NCBI RefSeq assembly: GCF_001194135.2
Contig: NC_068985.1
Coordinates: forward strand, 86,650,779 to 86,714,778
Length of the DNA: 64,000 nucleotides
Direction of reading: 5' to 3'
From: Octopus bimaculoides
Taxonomy: Eukaryota
The position numbers and the translations under genes were made by a program. How positions within the stretch are numbered: the first letter of the stretch is position 1; the number at the start of each line of letters is the position of its first letter. This document shows positions 51,673-64,000 of the stretch, piece by piece. The notes under the pieces were generated by a model that was not told the origin of the DNA, did not search any database, and saw only the letters and a program-made list of their open reading frames with translations.

Positions 51673-52144
51673 ATAATGCTGTTGGATGCCTAACTCTAGC
51701 AATTTATGTTCCTGTGGAATTGATAAAAATCTAAGTTACCATTTGAAGCGAATAAACAACTTCCAGCCTTCCACCCCCATCCCTCATGACTAATTATCCA
51801 AATAATTACCGATGTACTTGTTGCTTAATCACTGATCTCCTGTGAAATAAAGTATGACTGTCTTAATTTACATGCCTCAAGTCCTACTAGTAAAGGTTTT
51901 TCCTATAAATAAAACAATAGATTTTAATGAGAAATTTTCCTCGTTGAATGATTCTACGTCTGTCTGGTGGTGGTGGTGGTGGTGGTGCTGGTGGTTTTAC
52001 GTGGTGGAGGTGTTAATTATGGTGGGGCTATGTTTGATTGTAATTTGTTTATGTTTGATTGTAATTATTTGTTGATATTCCATGGATTGGTTTTATCCCA
52101 GAACAAAATGATAACAAAAAAACTTATTAATGAAAGAAGAAGGC

Positions 52145-52345
52145 AGTGAAACTGGCAGAATCATTAACATGCTGGGCAAAATTCTTTGTGGCATTTCATC
52201 TGTCTTTACATTCTGAGTTCAAATTCTTCCAAGGTCAATTTTGTTGTTCATCCTTTAGGGGTCAATGATTTAAGTACCAGTCGAGTATTGGGGGTCAATG
52301 TAATCAACTTAATTTATCCCCTGATATTGCCAGAATTTGAAACGA
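52145..52345 (+). mobile_element. SINE family C
   Basis: GGCAGTGAAACTGGCAGAATCATTAAC...CTGAGTTCAAATTC..AGGTCAATTTTG. Confidence 0.8.
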
Positions 52346-54344
52346 ATATAATGAAACAAAGGAGACTGCCATGTGGTGTCCATTCTAGCTAAAAATAGTA
52401 GCCCCCCCCTCTCCTTTAAATTACATCCTACTACCTTGAAAAGGAATACACTGAGAGAGAGAGATAGAGAGAGAGAGAGAGGTAGACAGACAGACAGACA
52501 GACTGACAGATAGACAAACAGACAGATAAACAGATAGACAGACAGACAGATAGACAGATATGTTGAGGCAACTGTCTCAGAACTTGGCTAGGAAAGTGTG
52601 GGTTTGGCCCATGTTCTTTTGGTCAAAAGGCTAGCATCTAAACCATTCTGTTCATGTACCAGAAATGTGAATTCCAGATATAATAAATATATGCTGCCCA
52701 CCCACTGAAAGACGGTTTAGTCATCATGCATATTTTTGCTTTTGATTCAGATTTTATCAAAAGGTCTGCAATTTTGGAGGCCAACAACCTCAATATTTGA
52801 TCGATAATTTATAAAAGGTCAGAAATTTTGCTACCATCAATTTCAATATCTGGTTGATATTTTATTTTACTGATCCTGAAAGGATAAAAGACTAAGTTCA
52901 CCTCTAGAGGATTTAGAATTTAGAATGATAAGAGCAACCACTTTACAAAGTGTACTGAGTGCTTTTTATGTGGCATCAACACAAGCACATTTTATGTGGT
53001 ACCATCACCAGTGCTTCTAACATACAAGTCACCAATATTAAGATCACAAAATCATATGACCAAGGACCATAATGGGGTTACTTATTAATCTTTCCCATCA
53101 TGAAATATTAGGACAGTCATTTTGCAGCAGTGCCACCCATAAAACAAGTCGTATCAAATTATTTACTGGATAGATCACAAGGTAACTGGAAAGTGACAAA
53201 ACTCAGGACTGAAGTATGAGTGACATTTACCCAGTATACAGCAGCTTGTTTATTATTTACTTTGACATGTCTCTCTCAGAAATATAACCTTACTTTCTCT
53301 TTCTATCACTCCATAATCCCAGCAAACTGACTGCCATCGAAATTTACCTACCATTTCCTTCTTTATTCCTATCTGTGTTCAGCCTATGGTGGCACATGTC
53401 ACATTTTCCACAGTACTGCACATACACACTGGCACTCTGTCAACTGCACTGATGAGGGATCCAGTTGATCTGATTAACAGAACAGCCTGCTCATGATACT
53501 ATCATGCAAGTGGCTGAGTATGCCACACACAAACGTTCAGGGAGGTTCATGGCTGGCTCCTTTGAAATACAGGTACCACTCATTTTTCCCAGCTGAGTGG
53601 ACTGGAACAATGTGAAAAAAAGTACTTTGGTCGAGGACACAATACACAGCCAGGAACCGAACTCACAACCTTACAATCATGAGCCAAACACCCAGACCAC
53701 TGAGCCACTCACCTTCCCATTTGTGGACGACAAATATCCTCAGTGTAAAAGAACACTAAGACAAGACGGTGGCAGACTTGTGAGAAAGCAAAAGGCTCAG
53801 TGGCATTCCTTCTGATTCTTTGCATTCGGAGTTCAAATTCTACCTTGGTCAACTTTGCCTTTCATCATTTGGAGTACTGAAGTTGATGTCAGTGACTTGT
53901 CTCTTCTGCTTAAAATTTCTAACCTTGAACTCTGTATAAGACTGGTATCCCATTCAGAAGGAATGTGCTAATATTCTTATATTCTATGGAAACCAGGCAA
54001 CACAAGGTAATAAAAAAAATTTAAAAAAGAAAAGAAAAGAAAAGAAAAAGAAAAGCTGTCTGAAAAATAAAACAAGACAGTCATGACTGAACCTTCTATG
54101 ATTATTTATTTGCTTTCACAGGGCTGACCTGTGGCTAATAATAGACACCTTGAACTGACCTGTGGCTAATAGACATCCTCAACTGGCTGAATCACCGGTG
54201 GAAACAAAACATATCAACTCCACTGTTATTTTGAGCCTATTTTGGTGTCTTTTGGTGTATTCATAACATCTAACTTTCAATTACCCAAACCATTTTCCTG
54301 GAATTAGGTATCCAAGGACGGAATTGTTTACTATTCAGAATTGA

Positions 54345-54555
54345 TGCCTCAATGCTGGTGCCACGTAAAAAGCACCCAGTGCACATTATTGAATGGTTGC
54401 TGTTAAGAACTATGGCATCCAGCCATTGTAACCATGCCAGAACAGATAATTAGAGCCTGATGCAGCTTTGTAACTTGCTGACTCCTGTAAAACTGTCCAA
54501 CCCATGCCAGCATGGAAAATGGACGTTAAATGATGATGACCATCATGATCATGAT
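54345..54555 (+). mobile_element. SINE-like family B, 3' part
   Basis: CTGTCCAACCCATGCCAGCATGGAAAATGGACGTTAAATGATGATG. Confidence 0.85.
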
Positions 54556-55556
54556 GAATGCTGTAATTAGCATTTAGGCCAGAAGCCAGTCCTAATCGGG
54601 CAAACCTAAGGTGTGTTCTGGCCACAACCAGCTTGTATATTTGTATCTGTCATTTGTTTCTAACAATATGACTGAAGAAAAAAACCTTGGAGTACAAAGT
54701 GTTCAGCAAACTAAATTCGCATATGGTAGAGTCTCATATTCCTTTCAAATTTGACTGCTATTTCTAGCAAGTTGAGCGACCACACAGACTTCCTTTTTGA
54801 TTGTATCATTGTAAAAATGATTTGTGTATCTCTAGCATATTAGCAATCTCATTCTTCTGAGACATTTCACTTTCTGTCATCTGTGAATGATGGTAATATA
54901 ATCGCAGGCACTATTGTGTTGTAATGGATTCTATTGAGACTGATACTACCAAACAAAATATTGTTTTTTGTTATAGTTTTGTTGTTGTTGGTGTTGGTGT
55001 TGGTGTTAAACCCCAGGTCAGCTCTAATCAAGTTAAACCATGATCAAAGAGGTTTCAGTCATGACCATCCAATCTTATTTTTAAGTCATAGAGGATGTAG
55101 GGCCTCCTTATTCAAGTCATTCATTTTTAGAACACTGCAGTATCATGTGGTTACTGTTTCTAGCTGGTTAGGTAACTTCGTAGAGGTCTCACACTGTTGC
55201 TATGGCTGTTTGTGGTGAGCTAGTCTACCCTTTAATGTACACACACAATTATATCAAGTTGATTTCTGAGGGACACAACAAAGAAATAGTGACAAAGGAC
55301 TAAGCTTTCAGACAAATGGTTAGTATAGAACCAACTCTAAAATCTGTGACTCTCAGTGGAGGGTTAAAGGAACTGGGATTCAGCAATAAGTTTAGTCTTT
55401 TAGTGCCATTTTGTCGAAATCACCTGTGCGAATGCCAGAGAGAAAGCATCTCTGTTGGTGCCATATGTAAAGCATTGGTGCTGATGTCATGCAGTTGGAC
55501 TGAGCCCGGAACCATGTGGTTAGGAAGCAAGCTTCTTACCACACAGCCCAGCCACT

Positions 55557-55557
<1 letters not shown>

Positions 55558-55631
<74 letters not shown>

Positions 55632-55699
55632 ATGTATGTATGTATGTATGTATGTATGTATATATAGATAAATAGATAGATAGATAGATGCACACACAC

Positions 55700-55741
<42 letters not shown>

Positions 55742-55900
55742 GCATTCACACACTCACACTTGCATATATATATTCATACACACATGCACAAGCTGATATC
55801 TCTATACATACACACATATGCATACATATATATGTGTTAATATATGTATATGTATGTATATCCTCCTTATAACAATAATTAAGAAATTGAATCTTTCAAA
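55558..55900. repeat. (TA)n/(TATG)n/(TAGA)n compound microsatellite
   Basis: Visible. Confidence 0.95.
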
Positions 55901-56289
55901 AATATCCGTTAAAATCTATATCATTATTATATCTAGACTTTATGTCTATATTTATAACTACTCACACGTATATGTGCCTATGTGTGTATGCATATACATA
56001 CATACTAAATATTTGTATACTTTATTTGTATACACCAATAACCCTTGTGTATGTGTGTGTGTGATTATATATCTTTATATTTTTAAAGTGCTTCTTGGTG
56101 TTCACATTTTGTAGCATGCCTGTATCCTATGTTACTCATCACTAAGAGAATGTATGTGTCTTAAGGTATGTTTTTTTCCGTATAGATGTGTCGTTGAGCA
56201 TGCGTCTTTGAATATGTGCCTCTGGTAGTTAAAAAACATATGTCATAATGTATAAATTTATCTAAGTGTATTTACTTACATATGTTCTC

Positions 56290-56640
56290 CTGAAATTTCA
56301 AGGAAGAGAACATAATCAATGTTTGAAATGTGGATGTATTGGAGAATGTTACGAATCTGTTACAAGAAAAATCAGACAAGAGAATGGATATTACAACAAC
56401 CAGAGGAAATCACGAGAACTCCTGAATATTGTGAAAAAAAAAAACAAAAGCTTATCTCTTATGGCCATATTTGAGGAAGCAGATGTTTGGAAAGCATTAT
56501 CACGGAAAGACGAGTAAAGGGTAGCAGATCGAGTGGCAGACAAAGAATGCCAGGGATGGACAATATCATGAGTTGGTTGGACAAGAATGGTTAGGCAGAA
56601 AGAGAACTTGTGCATAATCAGGAAGATGTAATATTTTCAC
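56290..56640 (+). mobile_element. RTE-like LINE 3' remnant
   Basis: Degenerate FEMW-like segment, then RVKGSRSSGRQRMPGMDNIMSW, resembling the RTE G.R.RGRQR..W.DNI..W terminus. Confidence 0.5.
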
Positions 56641-56982
56641 TGTGCTACAGGTGTATGATACTTCATCATCATCATTGTTATCATTGCCATTTAATGTCCG
56701 CTTTCCATGCTGGCATGGATTGGACAGTGCGATCCCGAGAGGAGTGGACAGCGTGCTGTGGCCAGCAGTGTCAAATGGATGCCTGACGGACTGGTCAGTC
56801 AAGATGATCAAGGTGATATATTTGTAATGGAGAAATTATACAAAATGTATAAGTGGATGATGAGTAAAGCACCGGCACAGTTTCAATTACCTGTTGTTAT
56901 CCATAGATTTATTGCAGGAATTTCGTAGTGGCAGTTGAGGTAAGAGTATTGATAAAATAGATGAAAGGAGAAAAGATTTTAT

Positions 56983-57024
<42 letters not shown>

Positions 57025-57175
57025 NNNNNNNNNNNNNNNNNNNNNNNNNNNNNNNNNNNNNNNNNNNNNNNNNNNNNNNNNNNNNNNNNNNNNNNNNNNN
57101 NNNNNNNNNNNNNNNNNNNNNNNNNNNNNNNNNNNNNNNNNNNNNTATAAAAGAAATAATTAAGATTCAGTATAC

Positions 57176-57218
<43 letters not shown>

Positions 57219-59574
57219 CATGCATATGTGTATATGTGTATGTATATGGGGGTGGTGTTTATATATCTTCATTTATATAGATGGTCAAAGATAAAATGAC
57301 AGAAGCAAAAAAAAAAACGAACACACAATACAGCAAGAAGAGTATTAAAAAGAACCGTTAACAGATATAGATGTATAAACGCCCTTGTGCAGGTTGCATT
57401 GCGCATGTACACTTGCTCTTACAAGCATCTACAAAAATGTAAGCATATGCACACATGTAGTTTGGTGTACTCACAATCACAAAGTGAATTAAATATCTTC
57501 TTGATTGTTTTTTTAAGAATGGGGAGGTTAAAAGTAAACTTAATTCATCCATACCTTAAAGTAAATTATCTTAACAGTTACTCAAATTTATTCCCAATGC
57601 ATTGTGTAAAATTGCATTTATATGTATGTAGGCATCTTGAGAGTCTTTCAGAAATTCTATTAATGATCTTCTCATTGGTCCACAGAATAGACAAGGATTT
57701 CTTGAAGCGGAGATGGCATCTCCTGGAAATGATATTGTATGGTTTTGTGTGACTTACTATGGAGCAAGTTATGTTGTACTTAATTTATCCCCGTTCAGTC
57801 ACCATACAAAATCAGCCAAAGATGTTGAATGTCTGTTATTGATTGTCTTAAAGCTGGTAACATGGATGCAATAATGATTTTTAAGTGAATCAGCCATTTT
57901 CCAAATGTAAACCTACAGCTTTCCCCTTGCATGCACAGTACATTTATATATAAGATGTGTACTCATGCAGAGGTTCATCAATGGGCATTTTGATTTTTCT
58001 CTGCATGAACATTTATCATATTTATTTGTATACACAGCAGTTCCAACTCCATTTTGCGACATTGTCACCATGTTAGCTATAACATAAGCATTTCTACTAT
58101 TACAGTTTGACCATAATTGGTGCTTTACATTGCTTCTTTTGGTTCTGTCAAATCCACTCAGAAAACGGAGGTGTCACGAAGTGGGACTGAACCTCAAACC
58201 ATGTGGCTTGGAGCAAGTGTCTTGCCACCCAGCCATGGCTTGTGCACATTCATAGATATGTCTTTTCTAATTCTAAGCATTTGTCAGGCTCTAATCAGAA
58301 GACACATGAATGTATTATTGGGCAATATCAATCAAACCAAGCACGTAAATAAATTGTATATTGCACCTGAGCAAGAATTTAACCCATGGTGTCTAGGTTA
58401 GTGGTTTAGCATCTTAATCATTCTGTTACTGTACATATGTGTCTGATGGACATGACATTGCCTGTATGGAAGCATTCTCTACCATCTAATAGAATTCATT
58501 AAGCGAAGATTGCTGAAATTTATATCATTGAAAGAGTGAAAATAAATAAAGTAATTGCACAGTGTTAAGTCAACCAGCATAGCTTCAGAAATCTCACACA
58601 TCTTACAGATTTATCAAATGCAGATACACACTTTAAATCAATTACATATACAAGACTAATAATTGATTGGGCACCTTTTCGAAGAAAACCATTATTGAAG
58701 TTCAGTCTTAATTTAACTTCAAACTGCTTGGAAATATTGCTATGAATCTTTGTGTCATTCAAGTACATTAATTAGAGAATATTATAACATTTCAATGAAA
58801 AGCAAGAAGGAAGAAATATTACATTGACTATCACATCACACATTCATTTTCAACTATGCCCTCTTCTTCTGATCGAATGAGCTTTCTGAATGAAATTGAT
58901 TGCTGGCTCCAGTGTAATGTAGCTGGTCTGAGTAATTTCATCAAAAGGTCTTACTCTTATGAAAGGCTTTTGTCTCTACATATATCTCTACATATGCCAT
59001 ATGCTAGCTCAAGTGATCCTTTGACGAGTTCCTCGAAAATGATTCCTAAAGCTTGAGTATCATGTTCTTGAAACTATCCATTGATATCTTATCCTCAAAC
59101 ACAAATGAAAGACAAACAATATAAATATTTCACCTGTTTGTCTTTTATATTTCGGCTATCGACCGTTATGTGTATGATTCTTATCATTTGAAAAAGATTT
59201 GTTATCTTTGTAATAGATTCAATAAAATGTCTGGATATTACAAATCTCTCAATATAAGAGTTGCAGGTATTTATTACATGTAGGAGTTTGTGTGTGGCTG
59301 GCTGGGAATGATGGGAGTCGGGGGCGGATACCGTCCACATATAAATTCATATTCAGATATACGTGTGTGCATATCTGTGTTGTCTAATGATATATTTGTG
59401 TCTGTGTTTAGATCTTTTTGATGTATGTAGGAGTATATAAGTCTTGGGGTATATCTTAATGTGTATATACACAAAAACAGATGTCTTCAAGCATGTATAT
59501 GCATTAAACATTATGTATACATATATATACAAACATAATATCCAGACTGTGCTAGTATTGTCGATAGATGCATA

Positions 59575-59724
59575 ATAATGATGGTGATGGTGATGGTGGT
59601 GGTGGTGGTGGTGGTGGTGGTGGTGGTGGTGGTTGTGGTGGTGGTGGTGGTGATGATGATGATGATGATGATGGTGATGGTGATGGTGGCAATGACGACA
59701 ACGACGATAACGATGATGATATAT

Positions 59725-59760
<36 letters not shown>
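59575..59760. repeat. (GGT/GAT)n plus (CA)n microsatellites
   Basis: Visible. Confidence 0.95.
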
Positions 59761-59989
59761 AGGCATATATGTAGACAGATTTCAATAGAATTTGTGCATT
59801 TCCTACACATATTTTCCTATGCAGATACACATAGACACATGTTCATACATCTGTTGAATGTTGCATATCCATGGACATAAAAGCATAAATATGCATAATC
59901 ACATAGCAATTTCTCTTTCTTCATACATACGTTCACACATGCATACATCCCTATATTTATTTGTGTAGGTCTTTTATCTTCTCACTTGT

Positions 59990-60305
59990 GATAGTCATTG
60001 GACAGTGGCCATGCTGGGGCATCCCCTTGCAAGATGTTAGTCGAATGAATTGACTCCAGGGCATGTTTTTTAAAGCATGATACTTATTCTATCAGTCTCA
60101 TTTACTCTACTACTAAGTAAACACCACACACTCACATCGCATATGCATATACGATGGGCTTCTTTCAGTTTCCATCTGCCGAATCCATTTGCATGGCTTG
60201 GATCAGTCTGGGGTTAAAATGGAAGACATTTGTCCAAAGTGTCATGCAGTGGCACTGGACCTGGAACCATGTGATTGGTTCTTACCACACAGCCTTACCT
60301 GTACC
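59990..60305 (-). mobile_element. SINE family A
   Basis: Reverse-strand tail and head motifs. Confidence 0.8.
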
Positions 60306-60429
60306 TATATATATATACATGATGGCCATCCACTCATGACTGAAAAGAACCAGTTCTGACTTTTAGGAACATTGTGCATTCAAGACTAGCTTACACTTTA
60401 CACTTGCAGCTCCATTGATGACTAACGAC

Positions 60430-61030
60430 TAATGAGTTCTGCTCTTGACAAACATACACAACTGCAGACAATACAGACCAAGCTTTCCCCATTCATTACA
60501 CTAGCAATGCATTTTTGAGCAGCATACTTAAATTCTTCTTGAAGAAAACATGCTCTTCCAAAGGTACCAGTTACCTCCTTTACCTGTTTCCTCCATCCAT
60601 GGTGATGACAAGCATTGCTCTCCCAATCAGCCTCCCACATTTCACCGGCTTTTAATGAAGACTTTACACAGTCCTTAAATCACAGTCCTTAAATCACAGT
60701 CCTTAAATCACAGTCTTGGCTTTGGCCGGAGTCACTTTCCACTAACAAGTTTCCCACATAGCATCTGTTTAGGGATCCTGCTATCATTCATTCTAACAAG
60801 ATGTCCAGTCCAATGTAACCAGCGTTTGTGCACCATCACCTAAATACTCAGGATATTGTCTTTCCTTGTTTAAATCAATGAATACCTGGAAGATCCATGT
60901 TCTGCTCATAGCACTTCTCCTGCATCTTTCTTGCTGTGAAAATCATATCCCTTGTTCCTCTTCCAGATTGGAAACCATACTGAGATTCAGATAGGACATC
61001 ATTTACTAGACACTTATTCAGGCATGTAAG
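60430..61030 (-). mobile_element. RTE-BovB-like LINE remnant with internal deletion
   Basis: VLSESQYGFQSGRGTRDMIFTARKMQEKC.EQN.DL.QVFIDL, then WTGHLVRMNDSRIPKQML.G; the 14-mer CACAGTCCTTAAAT occurs three times in tandem at 60667-60708. Confidence 0.8.
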
Positions 61031-61094
61031 AAGAATATTTGCCAGAACCTTGCCAGCAGCTAATAGTAGAGCAATACTTCTCTAGTTACCACAC

Positions 61095-61238
61095 TCTAAT
61101 CTGGCTCCCTTTCCTCACAAGGCCTGAGGCTATAGTAGAAGACATTTACCCAAGGTGCCATGCAGTGGGACTGAACTTGAAACCATGTGGTTGGGAAGCA
61201 AGCTTCTTACCACTCTGTTACACCTGCACCTATGTATA

Positions 61239-61269
<31 letters not shown>

Positions 61270-61425
61270 TGCAAGAGGATTCTTTCAGTTTCCCTCTACC
61301 AAATCCACTCAAGGCCTCTGACTATAGTGGAAGACACTTGCCCAAGGTGCCATGAGGTGGGACTGAATCTGGAACCGTGTGGTTGGGAAGCGAGCTTCTT
61401 ACCATACAGCTGCTCCTGTGCCTAC
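61095..61425 (-). mobile_element. Two tandem SINE family A heads
   Basis: CCCAAGGTGCCATG.GGTGGGACTGAA-like block at about 61149 and about 61342. Confidence 0.8.
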
Positions 61426-61549
61426 ATATATATTTTTCACACACACACAGAGACCTGCATGCAATCAGATTCAATAGAAACTGACCGCTATGCTGAGAAT
61501 AGCATTGATTATAAGCTAAACCAGATTTGATTTGGGTTTAATAACAACA

Positions 61550-62095
61550 ACCAAAGCCTTGTGGGTGATGACAGATGGAAACTGAAAGAAGCCCATTGTA
61601 CATACATACATATATATATATATATATAGATATATATATGCAGTCAATTTAAATAAACAATCAGTTCAAATAAACAAGTAATACAATTAACAGAAAATAA
61701 GAAGACATGCAAAAGGAATGCGTTAGCTTGACGCTTGGTGAAAAGAGAGAGTTTGACATTTTTCAAGCTTTTTGTGAGAAAGGAGAAAAGGAAAAGTCTA
61801 CCAAAGGTAAAGAAATTATAAACAACAGCATGATGGATATATTTATGTGTGTCTTTGTATCTGTCTGTGTGTCTTTGTGTCAGTGTTTGTCTCTTACCAC
61901 CGCTTGACAACCTATGTTGGTGTGTTTATGTCCCTGTGACTTAGTGGTTTGGCAAAAGATGCTGATAGAATAAGTACTAGGCTTAAAAAAAAATAAGTCC
62001 TGGGGTCGATTTGTTCAACTAAAATTTTTCATGATGGTGCCCCAGCATGAACACAATGAAATGGCTGAAACAAGTAAAAAATAAAAGAGAAAAAG
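61550..62095 (+). mobile_element. SINE family A, 5'-truncated, interrupted by about 220 bp of unrelated sequence
   Basis: GGAAACTGAAAGAAGCCC at about 61577; tail resumes at about 61860. Confidence 0.7.
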
Positions 62096-62264
62096 ATGCG
62101 CCAAAATAGTTTTTTTTTAAATAAAGTATTAAACCAGTTTAGTATTTGATAAGGTTTTAAGCTTTGGCTGCAGAAAAATTCCTGTGAAATTCTTCAATTT
62201 TGGTAAATCTCCTACAAGACAATTTTCATTTCCAGTTACTCTTCCAAGGCATCCAAGCCACAAA

Positions 62265-62580
62265 AAACACACCTGTCCTGGTGCCGATGCCGATGCCACA
62301 TAAACACCTTCCATGTACACTCTGTAAAGCAGCTGGCGTTTGGAAGGGCATCCAGCCATTGAAACTATGCTGAAGCAGACAGATGGAGCCTGGTGCAGCG
62401 TTCAAGCTCCTGTCTAACCATTCAACCCATGCCCACATGGAAAACAGACGGCAAATGAAAAGCTGCTGGGATTGCTGATGATGATGATGATGACGATGAT
62501 GATGACAATGACGACGAAGATGATGATGACAATGACGATGATGATCATGATCATGATCGTGGTGATGATAATGATGATGA
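62265..62580 (+). mobile_element. SINE-like family B with (GAT)n tail
   Basis: GGAAGGGCATCCAGCC...CCATTCAACCCATGCCCACATGGAAAACAGACG. Confidence 0.8.
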
Positions 62581-62934
62581 TGGTCTTTGTTTTATAAATA
62601 CCTGTTCCTTTTATATAAATTACTTTTATTTCAATATATTTTATTTCACCTTAGGTAATTTGAAATTCATTTAAAATCCATTTTGCGTTATTTTATCTCT
62701 ACCTTTTGAGGCTATTTCATTTCGAATTTATTTTTAGAAGCAATTTTAATTATTTCACTATTTTTTAGAATTCTATTTTTTTATTATTTTATGACCTTAT
62801 GTTTTTATGTATTTTTATTAATTCATAAAATATAAATTTATAATATTTTATAACACATTTTTATTACATTTTTTTCATCAGATAATGAACATTTTATCAT
62901 CTGTATTACTTATCAGTCAACCACACACCTCATC

Positions 62935-63140
62935 CTCCTCCTCATCATCGTCGTTGTCATCTTCCTCATTGTTTCATGTCCATCTTCCAGCTAGTATGGG
63001 CTGGATGGCCAGATGAGTTTCAAGGCTGCATCATTCTCCAATGTCTTCCATGTTTTCTACGGCTGGATGCCTTTCTTAACCTCAACCACATTGCAGAGTG
63101 TACGAAGGACATTTTTTCGTATCACCAGCGCCAGTGGGGT
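62935..63140 (-). mobile_element. SINE-like family B
   Basis: CTTCCAGCTAGTATGGGCTGGATGG...GGCTGGATGCCTTTCTTAAC..AACCACATTGCAGAGTG. Confidence 0.7.
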
Positions 63141-63667
63141 CACATACATCTTGCATGATTAAGATACACATACACACATCTGTATAGATGGAAAGTTTAT
63201 TTCCATTTCTCTCTTTATATGTGTGTGTGTGTGTGAGGATGTGTGCATATGCATGTGGATGTGTGTATACATGTGTGTGTGCATCATTACACTTTGGTCA
63301 GCCCAAGGCAATAGTAGAAGAGACTTTTCTAAGGTTCCATGCAGTGGGATTGAATCTGGACGTGTGTGGTTCGGAAGCAAACTTTTTAACATGCAATCAC
63401 ACTTGTTGGTATAAATAAGTCGAATAAAGAAAGCAAACAGCAGAAGTGATTAGAGTCCGGTTGTAGGTCAAGTGTGAAACAAAGGACTGGGAGACGTGTG
63501 GGCAGTTGGTGAAATGGATTGAATCAGGCTGAAAGAGAGAAAAGCTTTTGTGTTAAAGCTGTTCAGATGTCAATTGCTGCTTGCAAGAAGAAATAATTGA
63601 ATGCTTGTACGATTGTGTATATTATCAAAGTAAATATGCATGAAAGTATTTCATTCATTTGTAGATT

Positions 63668-63770
63668 GTACTAGCAGAAGTACCCGGCTTTGCCCGGGTT
63701 AAAGAGAATAATGAAATCTAAAAACGCCGTCTAGACTACGCAACCCTCAACTGTTAATAGCTACGATACC
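63668..63770 (+). mobile_element. Helentron/DINE-1-like non-autonomous element, 5' end
   Basis: TACTAGCAGAAGTACCCGGCTTTGCCCGGG, a terminal motif with short hairpin typical of such elements; other end not found. Confidence 0.45.
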
Positions 63771-64000
63771 ATATTTCTACCTTAATAACTCTCCAATCCA
63801 TGCCAGCATGGAACATAGACATTAAGTGGAATGTTAGAAGAAAGTTTTCAACTCATATCTATATAAAGTAAATACACGTAATTCAGAAACACGTTTTGTG
63901 TATTTTATTTCGTAACCAAACAAACAGGTACAGATTATAAATAATGAAAGGCCAATTTTGGTGATTCATTTGACAGAGGTAGTAGAGAGACAATGCGATG

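Noticed and set aside
51811-51902. Two adjacent minus-strand exon-like segments (30 and 31 nt) with good acceptors
   Set aside because: Separated by only about 30 nt, too short for an intron; weak donors; AT-rich chance signals
53712-53754. Minus-strand exon-like segment with AAG|GTGAGT donor
   Set aside because: The donor comes from the first bases of a SINE head; no independent support

Overview
AT-rich eukaryotic genomic window from a draft assembly (six N-gaps), dense in microsatellites. The recurring tRNA-headed SINE families and overall repeat landscape look like a coleoid cephalopod, probably Octopus; this is inferred from repeat recognition and was not verified by search. I recognise no intact named host gene, rRNA, true tRNA or CRISPR array, and the window reads as intronic or intergenic. 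Long ORFs in the track are microsatellite translations or transposon remnants. Remnants present: DD34D mariner, a TIR-bounded DD37D (maT) element, a Mos1-like N-terminus, four R4/Dong-like RLE non-LTR fragments, several RTE-clade LINE fragments, a TTAA-flanked piggyBac-like MITE, and dozens of SINE copies from at least five families (labels A-C and 'MITE' are mine; SINE boundaries are approximate, +/-20 bp). Most interesting: (1) a tRNA-headed SINE whose 3' part encodes a decayed Penelope-type minimal hammerhead ribozyme; (2) further hammerhead-like motifs in tandem; (3) a circularly permuted RLE-LINE fragment; (4) a candidate minus-strand chain of 16-nt micro-exons; (5) a Cys-rich exon-like island ending in TGA-TAA-TAG; (6) closely spaced inverted SINE pairs that could be ADAR substrates. 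All host-exon calls are low confidence.
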